A stretch of 64,000 nucleotides of DNA, from assembly GCA_021324945.1 (NCBI GenBank), contig JAJPID010000025.1, positions 13,898-77,897 of the forward strand, read 5' to 3'. This document shows positions 1-9,982 of the stretch, piece after piece. The position numbers were made by a program, and so were the translations under genes. Each line of letters starts with the position of its first letter. Positions within the stretch are counted from its first letter, which is position 1. Source of the DNA: Lysobacterales bacterium (GTDB lineage Bacteria; Pseudomonadota; Gammaproteobacteria; Xanthomonadales; Rhodanobacteraceae). The notes under the pieces were generated by a model. It was not told the origin of the DNA. It saw only the letters and a list, made by a program, of their open reading frames with translations, and ran no database searches.

Positions 1-2063
1 CCAGCGCGTGGGAATTGACCTCGCTGCGCGTCACGCCGGAGTTTTTCGCGCAACACACGGTTTCCGAATTGCGTGACTGGAGCGACCACGACCTGGAACA
101 GGCGGGTCGCTTGACGCATCCGATGCGCTACGACCACGCAAGCGACAAATACGTCGCCTGCGAATGGGAAGAAGCGTTCGCGGCGATCGGCGAAGAATTG
201 AAAAGACTGCGGGCGGATCCGAAATCGGTGGTGTTCTACGCCTCGGGCCGCGCGTCGCTGGAGACGAGTTATCTCTACGCGTTGTTCGCGCGGCTGTACG
301 GCAACAACAATCTGCCCGATTCGTCCAACATGTGCCACGAGCCGACGGGAGTGGCGTTGCGCCAATGCATCGGCACTTCGGTCGGCACCGTGGTGCTGGA
401 TGATTTCGAACACACCGATTGCATCTTCTTCTTCGGCCAAAACGCGGGCGTCAACAGCCCGCGCATGCTGCATGACCTGCAGAAGGCGGCGAAGCGCGGC
501 GTTCCAATTATCGTTTTCAATCCGCTGCACGAGCGCGGGCTGGAGCGTTTCACGAATCCGCAAAGTCCGGGCGAGATGTTGACTGGCCACGAGACCCCGC
601 TAGCCACGCAATATCACCAAGTGAAAGTCGGCGGCGACATCGCCGCGATTGCGGGCCTGTGCAAGTCACTGCTGGCGCTGGACGATCAAGCACAGAGGAG
701 TGGTGCGGCGCGCGTTATAGATCAGGAATTCATAACCCGGAATTGCCACGGCTTCGAGGAATTTGACGCCTGGCTTCGCGCGCTGTCCTGGGCCGACATA
801 GAGGCCGCCTCGGGTCTGGCGCGCGCCGCGTTGGAAAGCGCAGCGCACGTGTACGCCAAGGCGAACGCGGTGATCGGCGTGTACGGCATGGGCCTGACGC
901 AGCACGTGCTCGGTGAGTTCAACATCTTCATGGTGGCCAATCTGCTGCTGATGCGAGGCAACATCGGCAAGCGCGGCGCAGGGATCTGTCCGGTGCGCGG
1001 GCATTCCAACGTGCAGGGCCAGCGCACGGTCGGGATCGCCGATGATCCCAAGCTGGTGCCACTGGATCGTCTGGCCAAACAATACGGTTTCGAGCCGCCG
1101 CGCGAAAAAGGTTTGAGCACCGTCGACACCTGCGAGGGCGTGATGAATGGCACGGTGCGCGGTTTCATCGGGCTGGGCGGCAATTTCCTGCGCGCGGTGC
1201 CGGATCAGGAGCGCGTCCAGGCAGCGTGGAAGAATCTGCGGCTGACGGTGCAAATCGCCACCAAGTTGAACCGCTCGCACCTGATCAACGGGGACATCGC
1301 GTACCTGCTGCCGTGTCTCGGGCGCATCGAGCGCGTGATCGAAAACGGCAAACCGCAGGTTCTTTCAACCGAGGACTCCACCAGTTGCATTCATGCTTCG
1401 GTCGGCAAGGCTGAGCCCGCCAGCCAGGATTTGAAATCCGAAACGCGCATAGTGGCGGAACTTGCGAAAGCCACGCTGCCGCCCAATCCGCAAGTACCGT
1501 GGGATACGTGGACCAACGATTTCGCCACGATCCGCGACGCGATAGAGCAGACCTTTCCCGAGCAGTTCAAGGATTTCAACAGGCGCATGTGGCAGCCGGG
1601 CGGGTTCCATCGCCCGAATCCAGCGCGCGAGCGCGTGTGGAAGACCGACACCGGCAAGGCCAACTTCATCGTGCCGCCATCGTTGACCGCCACCGGCTTC
1701 GCGGATGCGCCGGACCGTTTTTGTCTGATGACCCTGCGTTCCAACGATCAGTTCAACACTACGGTCTACGGTTATGACGACCGCTTCCGCGGCATCCGCG
1801 GCACACGCGAGGTAGTGCTGATGAACGCTCACGACGTCGCGCGTCTGGGTTTGCGCGATGGACAATTGGTGAGCCTCGTCGCGGACGCGGACGATGGCGT
1901 GCGGCGCGAGGTGCGTGGCCTGCGCGTGGTCAGTTACGACATCCCGCGCGGCTGCGTCGGCGGCTATTACCCCGAATGCAATCCATTGATCGCGCTGTCG
2001 CACTATGCTCTGCAGAGCAAGACGCCGGCGGCCAAGTCGGTGCCGGTGCGGATCGTGACCTGA
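1..2063 (+). CDS. Molybdopterin oxidoreductase alpha subunit, FdhF/YdeP-like (5' end outside window)
   Basis: The reading frame is open from the window edge. The listed ORF starts at a TTG at 15, but upstream codons are in frame. The 682-aa product looks like a formate-dehydrogenase-type molybdopterin oxidoreductase (SSNMCHEPTG, FFFGQNAGVNSPR, C-terminal barrel ...VSYDIPRGCVGGYYPECNPL). Confidence 0.75.
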   Translation, partial: SAWELTSLRVTPEFFAQHTVSELRDWSDHDLEQAGRLTHPMRYDHASDKYVACEWEEAFAAIGEELKRLRADPKSVVFYASGRASLETSYLYALFARLYGNNNLPDSSNMCHEPTGVALRQCIGTSVGTVVLDDFEHTDCIFFFGQNAGVNSPRMLHDLQKAAKRGVPIIVFNPLHERGLERFTNPQSPGEMLTGHETPLATQYHQVKVGGDIAAIAGLCKSLLALDDQAQRSGAARVIDQEFITRNCHGFEEFDAWLRALSWADIEAASGLARAALESAAHVYAKANAVIGVYGMGLTQHVLGEFNIFMVANLLLMRGNIGKRGAGICPVRGHSNVQGQRTVGIADDPKLVPLDRLAKQYGFEPPREKGLSTVDTCEGVMNGTVRGFIGLGGNFLRAVPDQERVQAAWKNLRLTVQIATKLNRSHLINGDIAYLLPCLGRIERVIENGKPQVLSTEDSTSCIHASVGKAEPASQDLKSETRIVAELAKATLPPNPQVPWDTWTNDFATIRDAIEQTFPEQFKDFNRRMWQPGGFHRPNPARERVWKTDTGKANFIVPPSLTATGFADAPDRFCLMTLRSNDQFNTTVYGYDDRFRGIRGTREVVLMNAHDVARLGLRDGQLVSLVADADDGVRREVRGLRVVSYDIPRGCVGGYYPECNPLIALSHYALQSKTPAAKSVPVRIVT

Positions 2064-2154
2064 GAAATCCATCCGCGCGTCACCTGGCCGCCCACCATTC
2101 GCCACGAATTGTGGCGATACTGCGTACCATCCATCGGGGGGGGAGGGGACTTCC

Positions 2155-5100
2155 ATGTTGCACTCGTCGTGCTTCAGCGCCCTGCGCCGCGGCGGTTGGA
2201 TTCTGCTCGTCTGCGGTTTTCTGCTGACCGGCTGCGGTCACAATGAATCCGCTACGCCCGTTCTGCAAGGCGCGTTGACCGCAAGCTCCAGCGGCAAACC
2301 GCACAAGGCCACGTTCGGCCTGGCCTCGGCCGGTTCGGAGGTGCGCGACAACCAGACCGCACTGGTCTTGCGCTTCAATGCGCCGCTGGCCGCCGCGCAA
2401 TCGTTCGACAATCAGGTTGCGGTCGCCGGCCCTAACGGCGAGGCGGTGAGCGGAAGCTGGAGTCTGGACGACGACAACAAGACATTGCGCTTTCCGTTCG
2501 TGCAACCGGATCAGCATTACGTGGTGACGTTGCATGCCCAGTTGCTGGCCGCCGACGGCCGTACATTGGGTCGCGATATCAAACAGGATGTCTATTCCGG
2601 CAGCGTGCCGCCGGCGATCGGCTTCGCCTCGCACGGCAGCGTGTTGCCCGCGCGCGGCACGCGTGGACTGCCGCTGGTTTCGGTGAACGTGCACGACGCC
2701 GACATCGAATTCTTCAAGGTGCACGACGACGCGCTCTCCGATCTGTATTGCGCGTATCCGCAGAACAAGCACCGCGACTCATACGAACTCGATCACGAGA
2801 TCAGTACTTGGGACACCTGCGGCATGGGTCGCGTCAAGCGGCCGATCACCGAGATGGCCGATTCGGTCTACGCCAATCACTACACGCTGGGCGGAGCGGA
2901 TAACGAGCGCACCGTCACCTACATCCCGGTGCAGAACGTCAAGCAGTTGTCGGCGCCAGGCGTGTACATGGCGGTGGTGAAAGCCGGCGGTACCTTCAAG
3001 GGCAGTTACGACACCGCGATCTTCTTCGTCAGCGATCTTGGCCTGCATCTGCGCGTGTATCGTGACAACTCGCTGTTGCATGTTGCGTCGCTGCGCGACG
3101 GTTCGCCGGTCGCTGAGGTCGCGATCGAAATCGACGACGCGAGCGGAGCCGCGAAACTGAAAGCCACCACCGACGCCGGCGGCAACGCGCTGATCGCGTA
3201 CACCGTGAAACAGGACGACGTGCTGATCGCGCGCCATGGCGGCGATGTGTCGGTGCTGCCGTTCAACCGTCCCGCGCTGGACATTTCCAACTTCGACGTG
3301 ACCGGCCGCAAGCAGGCGCCGTTCGAGGTGTACGCCTGGTCGGGCCGCGATTTGTACCGGCCGGGCGAGACATTGCGTGTTTCGGCATTGCTGCGCGATT
3401 ACGACGGCAAGCCGATGAAGCCGCAGTCGCTGTTTGTGCGCATGAAGCAGCCGGATGGTCGCGCGCTTCCAGATCAAAGATTGGAACCTTCAAAACTGAA
3501 CTACTTCGAATTGACGCAGGCGATTCCGGCCGACGCACCGACCGGCTCATGGCAACTGGAATTCCGCCTCGATCCGGCATCAAAGAAATCCGTGCAGGCG
3601 TTTCCATACCATGTCGAGGAGTTTCTGCCCGAGCGTTTGAAACTCGCGCTGCAAAGTCCGCAAGCACGCCTGGTCCCGGACGAACCACTGAAATTGGAGG
3701 TGGCCGCGAGTTACCTGTATGGCGCACCCGCCGATGGCAATCGTTTCACCGCTAAATTGCTGGTCGCGCCGGAAGTGCATCCGCTCGACAACCTGAAGGA
3801 CACCTTCTTCGGCGATCCCACGCTCGACTTGCCGAAAGCAGCGAGCGACATCATCGACACCAAGCTCGACGCGCAAGGCGCATTGCAGCAGGACGTGAAC
3901 CTGCCCGATGACGTGAAACCGGTCGCGCCGCTGGCGGTAACATTGTCCGGCAGCGTGTACGAAACCGGCGGCCGCGCGGTGACGCGCACCTTGAAGCGCG
4001 TGTATTGGCCGGCGTCGCAACTGGTCGGCGTACGACCGCTGTTCGATCCGAAGCAGGGCGCAGAAAGCGAAGGCCAGGCGGCGTTCGAAATCGTGCGTGC
4101 CGACGTCGATGGCAAACTCGTTGCCGGCACGCATTTGAGGGTGCGCCTGCAACGCGAGCTGCGAGATTTCTACTGGCTGTACGAACACGGCGACAGTTGG
4201 AAATCGGACGCCAATCAGCATCTGCAATTGATCGCGGAGAAGGAGATCGACGTCGCCGCGGGCGGCCGCGTGCATGTGGAATTTCCGGTGGAGTGGGGCG
4301 GTTATCGCGTCGAGGTGTACGACCCGGGGACGAAACTCACCACGGTGTTTCCCTTCTTCGCCGGCTGGAGTTGGGAAGACGAGAATCTCGGCAAGGAAGC
4401 GCGGCCGGACAAGGTGAAGTTGCAACTGGACAAGGCGCGCTATCGCGCGGGCGACACGATGAAAGTGACGGTGACGCCGCCGCATGACGGCCCCGGCGTG
4501 CTGCTGGTGGAATCCGATCATCTCCTCTATCTGAAAGACATCGACGCCAAAACCGGAAGCACGTTCGAGATTCCGGTGACGAAGGATTGGGAACGCCACG
4601 ACGTCTATGTGTCGGCGCTGGTGTTCCGCGGCGGCGCAGCGGACGAGCACACCACGCCGGCGCGTGCGCTGGGCATCGAGCATGTGGTGATGGAGCGCGA
4701 CGATCGCCGCGTCCCGCTGACATTGTCCGCGCCTGATCTGATGCGTCCGGGCAATCCGTTGAACGTCACGGTGCAGGCGAAAGGGCTAGCGGGCACGCAA
4801 GCGTTCGTCACCTTGTCGGCGGTGGATCAGGGCGTGATCGATATCACTGACTATCCGGTGCCGGATGCGTGGGCGTGGATGTTCGCGCAGCGCGCCCTGA
4901 GCGTGGACGCCTACGATCTCTACAGCCGCATCATCGAGGCGATGGACGGCGCGGAAGCCACGCTCCGCTACGGCGGCGACATGGCGGCCCAACCGCTGCC
5001 GCATGCGACGCGTCTGAATCCCAACGTCAAAATCGTGGACTTGTTCGCCGAGCCGGTGCAATTCGACGCACAAGGCCGCGCGACATTGCGCGTGGACGTG

Positions 5101-7128
5101 CCGGATTTCAACGGCTCGCTGCGATTGAGCGCGCTCGCCTGGAGCGCCGACAAATTCGGCAACGCCGATGGTGCGATCACCGTGCGCGCGCCGCTGGTGG
5201 TGGAGCCCAGCACGCCGCGCGTGATGGCCGCGGGCGACAGCGCGCAGATCAGCCTCGATCTGAAAAATCTTTCGGGCAATGACGGCGTGGCGAAGGTTTC
5301 GGTGAAAGCCGACGGACCGATCAGCGTCACGAATGCCACGCGTTCGGTTGCGTTGAAGGATGGCGCGGGCACCACGCTGATCGTGCCCGTGACCGCGCAG
5401 AGCGGCGCGGCGGTCGCAAAACTCGACATCCACGCCGAATTGAATGATTACACCGCGAATCGGCATTTTGAATTCGCGGTGCGCCCGGCGTGGCCGGAGC
5501 AGTTGATGACCAAACCCTACGCGATCGAAAACGGCAAGCCGCTGCAACTGGACGCCGCCGAGGCGAACGGCCTGTTCGCGTCCACCGTGCACGCGCAACT
5601 CACATTGAGCACGCTGCCGCCGCTGCCGTATCACTCGGCCTTGCGCGGCCTGCTCGATTACCCGTATGGCTGCGTCGAACAGACCACCAGCAAAGGCTAC
5701 GCCGCGTTGATCCTCGATCCCGCAACGGCGAAAGCGCTGGGCTTCACCGTGACCGATGCCACGCGGCAGGCCATGGTCGAAGGCGCGTTGGCGCGGCTGG
5801 CTTCTTTCCAGGCCAGCAACGGGCATTTCAGTTTCTGGGGCGGCACGAGCCCGATCGAAACCTCCATTACGCCGTATGTCGTCGACTTCATGCTGGATGC
5901 GCGCGAAGCAGGTTTCGCCGTGCCGCAGGAGGTGTTGCAGAAGGCGTTGAAGACCCTCAACGACGATCTGCTGGGGGGCGGCCATCCGTATTTCGACTAT
6001 GAGCATCACGACCACATGCGCATCGCGGACGAAGCGTATTCCGGTTTCGTGCTGGCGCGCGTCAACCGCGCGCCGCTCGGTACGCTGCGCGCGATCTTCG
6101 ACAACGATCGCGGCAAGCTGGTCGCGCCGCTGCCGCTGGTACACCTTGGGCTGGCGTTGAAATTGATGGGCGACAATGAGCGCGCCCGACAGGCGATCGA
6201 CGAGGCCTTCGCGTGGAAGAAGGAGCGTCCGTTGTACGTGGGCGATTATGGTTCCGATCTGCGCGATCTTGCCTTGATGGTGGCGTTGACGCATCGCTTC
6301 GGCATGAACAAGCCGGAATACGACGCCAAGCTGATCGACTGGGCGCGCAACGCGACGGCACTGGAAGCCTCGACTCATGAAAAGATGCCGTATTACCACT
6401 GGTCGTGGTCGTACCTCAGCACACAGGAGCAGAACGCGATCGCACAGGTGGCGCGCGCTTTCGGCGCTGGCAGCGGCGCGCCGCTGGTGGCGAACGTGAA
6501 GATCGGCGGCGAGAGCGAACCCGCGCCGGCGAATGCGCATCTGTGGTCGCGCGACTTGACGCTCGCGGAATTGCAGAGCGGCGTCAGTGTCCAGCCTGCC
6601 GGCAACTCCACGATCTTCGCGTCGCTGGATGTCGCCGGCATTCCGCAGAAAGCGCCTGAACCGGATGCGAGCGCGATCGACATCCGTCGCATGTGGTACA
6701 CCACTGATGGCAAGCCGTGGAACGGTGACACATTGAAGGAAGGCGACAGTCTGATCGCGGAGCTCACCATCGAAGCCAAGGACGACTTGCCCGATGCGCT
6801 CGTCACCGATCTGCTGCCGGGTGGATTGGAGGTTGAGAACCTGAACCTCGGCGGCGTGCAGCAATGGGAAGGTGTGGTGGTAGACGGCATCCAGATGGAC
6901 CAGCACACCAATGCCGCCGACATCGTGCACGAGGAATATCGCGACGACCGCTACGCGGCGGCGCTGAAGCTGCGTCGCGGCGAAGCTTCGCACCTGTTCT
7001 ATCTGGTGCGCGCGGTGACACCCGGGCACTACACCGTGCCGCCGCCTCTGGCCGAGGACATGTACCGGCCCGCCTTGCGCGGCGTCGGCAAGGCCGTGCC
7101 GGAAAAGGTGACGGTGGCGGAGCCGTAA
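2155..7128 (+). CDS. yfhM: Alpha-2-macroglobulin family lipoprotein (YfhM-like)
   Basis: 1657 aa. ATG at 2155 is preceded by GGGAGGGG. Lipobox LLTGC sits near the N-terminus. Thioester motif GCVEQ is encoded at 5671-5682 (YPYGCVEQTTSKGY). Followed directly by pbpC, the classical pairing. Confidence 0.9.
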   Translation: MLHSSCFSALRRGGWILLVCGFLLTGCGHNESATPVLQGALTASSSGKPHKATFGLASAGSEVRDNQTALVLRFNAPLAAAQSFDNQVAVAGPNGEAVSGSWSLDDDNKTLRFPFVQPDQHYVVTLHAQLLAADGRTLGRDIKQDVYSGSVPPAIGFASHGSVLPARGTRGLPLVSVNVHDADIEFFKVHDDALSDLYCAYPQNKHRDSYELDHEISTWDTCGMGRVKRPITEMADSVYANHYTLGGADNERTVTYIPVQNVKQLSAPGVYMAVVKAGGTFKGSYDTAIFFVSDLGLHLRVYRDNSLLHVASLRDGSPVAEVAIEIDDASGAAKLKATTDAGGNALIAYTVKQDDVLIARHGGDVSVLPFNRPALDISNFDVTGRKQAPFEVYAWSGRDLYRPGETLRVSALLRDYDGKPMKPQSLFVRMKQPDGRALPDQRLEPSKLNYFELTQAIPADAPTGSWQLEFRLDPASKKSVQAFPYHVEEFLPERLKLALQSPQARLVPDEPLKLEVAASYLYGAPADGNRFTAKLLVAPEVHPLDNLKDTFFGDPTLDLPKAASDIIDTKLDAQGALQQDVNLPDDVKPVAPLAVTLSGSVYETGGRAVTRTLKRVYWPASQLVGVRPLFDPKQGAESEGQAAFEIVRADVDGKLVAGTHLRVRLQRELRDFYWLYEHGDSWKSDANQHLQLIAEKEIDVAAGGRVHVEFPVEWGGYRVEVYDPGTKLTTVFPFFAGWSWEDENLGKEARPDKVKLQLDKARYRAGDTMKVTVTPPHDGPGVLLVESDHLLYLKDIDAKTGSTFEIPVTKDWERHDVYVSALVFRGGAADEHTTPARALGIEHVVMERDDRRVPLTLSAPDLMRPGNPLNVTVQAKGLAGTQAFVTLSAVDQGVIDITDYPVPDAWAWMFAQRALSVDAYDLYSRIIEAMDGAEATLRYGGDMAAQPLPHATRLNPNVKIVDLFAEPVQFDAQGRATLRVDVPDFNGSLRLSALAWSADKFGNADGAITVRAPLVVEPSTPRVMAAGDSAQISLDLKNLSGNDGVAKVSVKADGPISVTNATRSVALKDGAGTTLIVPVTAQSGAAVAKLDIHAELNDYTANRHFEFAVRPAWPEQLMTKPYAIENGKPLQLDAAEANGLFASTVHAQLTLSTLPPLPYHSALRGLLDYPYGCVEQTTSKGYAALILDPATAKALGFTVTDATRQAMVEGALARLASFQASNGHFSFWGGTSPIETSITPYVVDFMLDAREAGFAVPQEVLQKALKTLNDDLLGGGHPYFDYEHHDHMRIADEAYSGFVLARVNRAPLGTLRAIFDNDRGKLVAPLPLVHLGLALKLMGDNERARQAIDEAFAWKKERPLYVGDYGSDLRDLALMVALTHRFGMNKPEYDAKLIDWARNATALEASTHEKMPYYHWSWSYLSTQEQNAIAQVARAFGAGSGAPLVANVKIGGESEPAPANAHLWSRDLTLAELQSGVSVQPAGNSTIFASLDVAGIPQKAPEPDASAIDIRRMWYTTDGKPWNGDTLKEGDSLIAELTIEAKDDLPDALVTDLLPGGLEVENLNLGGVQQWEGVVVDGIQMDQHTNAADIVHEEYRDDRYAAALKLRRGEASHLFYLVRAVTPGHYTVPPPLAEDMYRPALRGVGKAVPEKVTVAEP

Positions 7129-7130
7129 AG

Positions 7131-9485
7131 GTGCGCAGACGCTTGCGCTGCGGATTGTTTGCATGCGCGCTCGCGCTGGTGTTCCTGCTGCTCACCGCCG
7201 TCGTCCTCGATCGCGTGTTCCCGCCGCCGCTGCCGAAATCCGGCGGCGGCAGCACGGTGGTGCTGGCGCGCGACGGCACGCCGCTGCGCGCGTTCGCCGA
7301 TGCCGATGGCGTGTGGCGTTACCCAATCACAGCGAAGCAGGTTTCGCCGTTGTACCTGCAAGCGCTGCTGACTTACGAAGACCGCTGGTTCTGGAAACAT
7401 CCGGGCGTCAATCCCTATGCACTGGCGCGCGGATTGTTGGGCGGCCTGCTGCACGGACATGTCGTTTCCGGCGGTTCGACGTTGACGATGCAGGTCGCGC
7501 GCATCATCGAACCGATCCCGCACACTTTCCGCGGCAAGTGCATACAGATATTGCGCGCGCTGCAACTTGAAGCGCATCTGTCGAAAGCGCAGATTCTGGA
7601 CATCTATCTCAACCGCGCGCCGTTCGGCGGCAACATTGAGGGCGTGGAAGCCGCCTCGTGGGCGTATCTCGGAAAAAGTTCCGCGCATCTCTCCCGCGCG
7701 GAAGCGGCATTGCTGGCGGTACTGCCTCAGTCGCCCAGCCGCCTACGCCCGGATCGCAACCCGCAACTCGCGCGTGCGGCGCGCGACAAGGTGCTGCGCC
7801 GCATGCGCGACTCGCAGGTGTGGAATGCGACAGAAGTGAATGCGGCGACGATGGAGCCGGTCTCGGCGCGTTCATTGCGCGCGCCGATGAACGCCGCGTT
7901 GCTCGCTCAACGTTTGCACGACGCGAGGCCGGACGCGCGGCGCATCGTCACCCCCATCGACGCCGAGATGCAGCGCGCTGCTGAGGCGCGCGTGGCCGAT
8001 TACCTCGCGCGCCTGCCCCCGCGCAGTTCAGTCGCGGTGCTGGCCGTGGAGAACGCATCACTCGAAGCGCGCATCTACATCGGCACCGGCGCATTCGCCG
8101 ATCCCGAACGCGCCGGACACGTGGACATGGTGCGCGCGCCGCGTTCGCCTGGTTCCACGTTGAAACCTTTTCTCTACGGCCTCGCACTCGACGACGGATT
8201 GATCGAATCGCAAAGCTTGCTGGTGGACGCGCCGCAGGATTTCGATGGCTATCGGCCGGGCAATTTCGACGAGGCGTTCAACGGGCCGGTGAGCGTCACC
8301 GAAGCCCTGCAGCGTTCGCTCAACGTGCCGGCGGTGGACCTGCTGGATCGCGTTGGCCCCGCGCGCTTCGCCGCGCGCTTGCAGAACGGCGGGGTAGATC
8401 TACAACTGCCCGAAGGCGCGAAGCCGAATCTTTCGATCATCCTCGGCGGTGCCGCGACCAAGCTCGAGGATCTGGTTGGCGCCTACACCGCATTTGCGAA
8501 TGCGGGTGTGGCGGGCGCGCCGCGGTACACGTCGGAACAGAAACCACGACGGCGCAGACTGCTTTCCCCCGGAGCGGCGTGGATCGTGCGCGACATCCTC
8601 TCCAACAATCCCGCCGATGTGGAAGGCGCGCCGATCGCGGGCACAACCGATCATGCCAACCTCGCCTGGAAGACCGGCACCAGTTACGGCTATCGCGACG
8701 CCTGGGCGGTCGGCGTCAACGACCGCTGGACCATCGGCGTGTGGATCGGCCGTCCCGACGGCACACCATCGCCCGGTCAGTACGGTGCGGTGACGGCATT
8801 GCCATTGTTGTTTCAGATGGCCGACATGCTGCCCGCGCGCGGTGGCTTGCACCAGCCGAAACCGATGGCGGTGCGTGGGGTTGATATCTGCTGGCCACTC
8901 GGTGGCGCGGCCGAGCAAACCGATCCTTCGCTGTGCCGGCAGCGCCGTCATGCCTGGGTGTTGAACGATGCCCTGCCGCCAACGTTTCCAGATCGCGGCA
9001 ACGGCGCGTGGATGGATCCGCGCCTGGTCTTGCGTGTGGATGGGCAGGGACATCGCCTGAGCGCGGGGTGTCACGGCAAAGGCGAACATACGATCACGGT
9101 CGCGCGTTGGCCGGCGCTGGTAACGCCGTGGCTGAGCGTGGATGACCGCGAAAAGGAAACGCTTCCCGCCTTGGCCGCCGGTTGCTCTTCGGATGCGCTG
9201 GAGCGCGCCGGCGTGATCCGCATCACCGGATTGAACGAAGATGCCGTGCTGCGGCGCGCGCCGAATTCCGGCAAGCCGTTGCGCGTCACGCTGCACGCGC
9301 TCGGCGCGCAGGCTCCGGTGCAGTGGTTGATGGATGGGCGCCTGCAGGCAAGCGCCGTGGGCAACGCGCCGGTCACGCTCAGCTTCGATCAGCCCGGCGC
9401 ACATCGCCTCACCGCGCTGACGAACGATGGCGCATGGGACAGCGTGGCGTTTTCGGTGCTCGGTACGCAGACCGTGCGGCATTGA
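7131..9485 (+). CDS. pbpC: Penicillin-binding protein 1C (glycosyltransferase/transpeptidase)
   Basis: GTG at 7131 lies 2 nt after the yfhM stop, with GGAG 8 nt upstream. An N-terminal TM helix is followed by GT51 motifs (EDRWFWKHPGVNP, GGSTLTMQ) and transpeptidase motifs (SPGSTLKPF, KTGTS). The track start at 6864 overlaps yfhM and was rejected. Confidence 0.9.
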   Translation: MRRRLRCGLFACALALVFLLLTAVVLDRVFPPPLPKSGGGSTVVLARDGTPLRAFADADGVWRYPITAKQVSPLYLQALLTYEDRWFWKHPGVNPYALARGLLGGLLHGHVVSGGSTLTMQVARIIEPIPHTFRGKCIQILRALQLEAHLSKAQILDIYLNRAPFGGNIEGVEAASWAYLGKSSAHLSRAEAALLAVLPQSPSRLRPDRNPQLARAARDKVLRRMRDSQVWNATEVNAATMEPVSARSLRAPMNAALLAQRLHDARPDARRIVTPIDAEMQRAAEARVADYLARLPPRSSVAVLAVENASLEARIYIGTGAFADPERAGHVDMVRAPRSPGSTLKPFLYGLALDDGLIESQSLLVDAPQDFDGYRPGNFDEAFNGPVSVTEALQRSLNVPAVDLLDRVGPARFAARLQNGGVDLQLPEGAKPNLSIILGGAATKLEDLVGAYTAFANAGVAGAPRYTSEQKPRRRRLLSPGAAWIVRDILSNNPADVEGAPIAGTTDHANLAWKTGTSYGYRDAWAVGVNDRWTIGVWIGRPDGTPSPGQYGAVTALPLLFQMADMLPARGGLHQPKPMAVRGVDICWPLGGAAEQTDPSLCRQRRHAWVLNDALPPTFPDRGNGAWMDPRLVLRVDGQGHRLSAGCHGKGEHTITVARWPALVTPWLSVDDREKETLPALAAGCSSDALERAGVIRITGLNEDAVLRRAPNSGKPLRVTLHALGAQAPVQWLMDGRLQASAVGNAPVTLSFDQPGAHRLTALTNDGAWDSVAFSVLGTQTVRH

Positions 9486-9752
9486 AGAGCCGGATCACGC
9501 TGCTTCGCGAGCCCCGGATTCGATCAGTCGATACGCGCGCTGCAACGCGGTCTCGCGCTGCTCGGCGCCAAAGTTCAAGCCTTCCGCGCGGACGATTTCG
9601 ATATCGCCGATGCCGATGAAGCCGAACACGTGACGCAGATATTTTTCCTGGAAATCGGCGGCGGCTCCGCCCTGATAGGCGCCGCCGCGCGCGGAGGCCA
9701 CGATCACGCGCTTGCCGCCGGCCAGGCCTTCGGGGCCGTGTTCGGTGTACCG

Positions 9753-9760
9753 AAACGTTT
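9753..9760. repeat. Target-site duplication, left copy (AAACGTTT)
   Basis: The same 8-mer flanks the element at 12145-12152. The sequence is palindromic, so the IR/TSD boundary is formally ambiguous. Confidence 0.8.
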
Positions 9761-9776
9761 CGGAAGTATGTACTTG
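9761..9776. repeat. IS terminal inverted repeat (left)
   Basis: CGGAAGTATGTACTTG. Its exact reverse complement is at 12129-12144. Confidence 0.85.
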
Positions 9777-9808
9777 GCTAAAGCCTAGACCGATTGCCGC
9801 ACAAGAGA

Positions 9809-9829
9809 AAGCCCGCACTACGCGGGCTT
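9809..9829. terminator. Hairpin terminator inside the IS, downstream of the cargo ORFs
   Basis: AAGCCCGC-actac-GCGGGCTT, an 8-bp stem. It is followed by TCTTCTTTTT on the + strand and TTTCTCTT on the - strand, so it could act bidirectionally. Confidence 0.55.
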
Positions 9830-9982
9830 CTTCTTTTTCGGCTTCGGTTTTGGATCGTCAGGCCATCCTTCTGCCGGGCGCTCTTTCTTGAGAGCGTCGC
9901 CGATGGCCTTCTCCCATGGCTTGTTGAGCTTGACGCGCTCAGGCTCGGGGCCAGACTTATTCTTCCGTTTCTGGCTTGCCAT
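9818..9982 (-). CDS. Candidate small basic ORF (54 aa), or a frameshifted C-terminal extension of the cargo ORF
   Basis: ATG at 9982, TAG at 9820-9818 inside the terminator stem. Product: MASQKRKNKSGPEPERVKLNKPWEKAIGDALKKERPAEGWPDDPKPKPKKKKPA. It is below the 60-aa cutoff of the track, has no clear SD, and overlaps the 3' end of the 257-aa ORF in the +1 frame. Confidence 0.2.
   Translation of the reverse strand: MASQKRKNKSGPEPERVKLNKPWEKAIGDALKKERPAEGWPDDPKPKPKKKKPA

Noticed and set aside
6864-7130. Upstream extension of pbpC given by the ORF track (start 6864), and similar long 5' extensions of ybdL (13201), rluB (17601), the YXWGXW gene (20978), fadD (23126), acnA (27839), mnmA (29857), clpA (30624), rpsA (40136), galU (46704), the FAD oxidoreductase (48553), rlmN (57217) and bamB (61260).
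   Set aside because: The extensions overlap the preceding gene or consist of non-conserved sequence. Internal starts align with known N-termini and usually have an SD.
4786-7164. 792-aa antisense ORF inside yfhM. Similar long antisense or out-of-frame ORFs: 12128-13504, 12919-14457, 21429-23240, 40124-41233, 46524-47684, 48952-50010, 54693-55895, 57745-58803, 58331-60085, 59791-60948.
   Set aside because: These are typical high-GC shadow ORFs. Their translations are Arg/Ala/Gly/Pro-rich with no recognisable motifs, and each lies opposite or out of frame to a CDS with strong family signatures.
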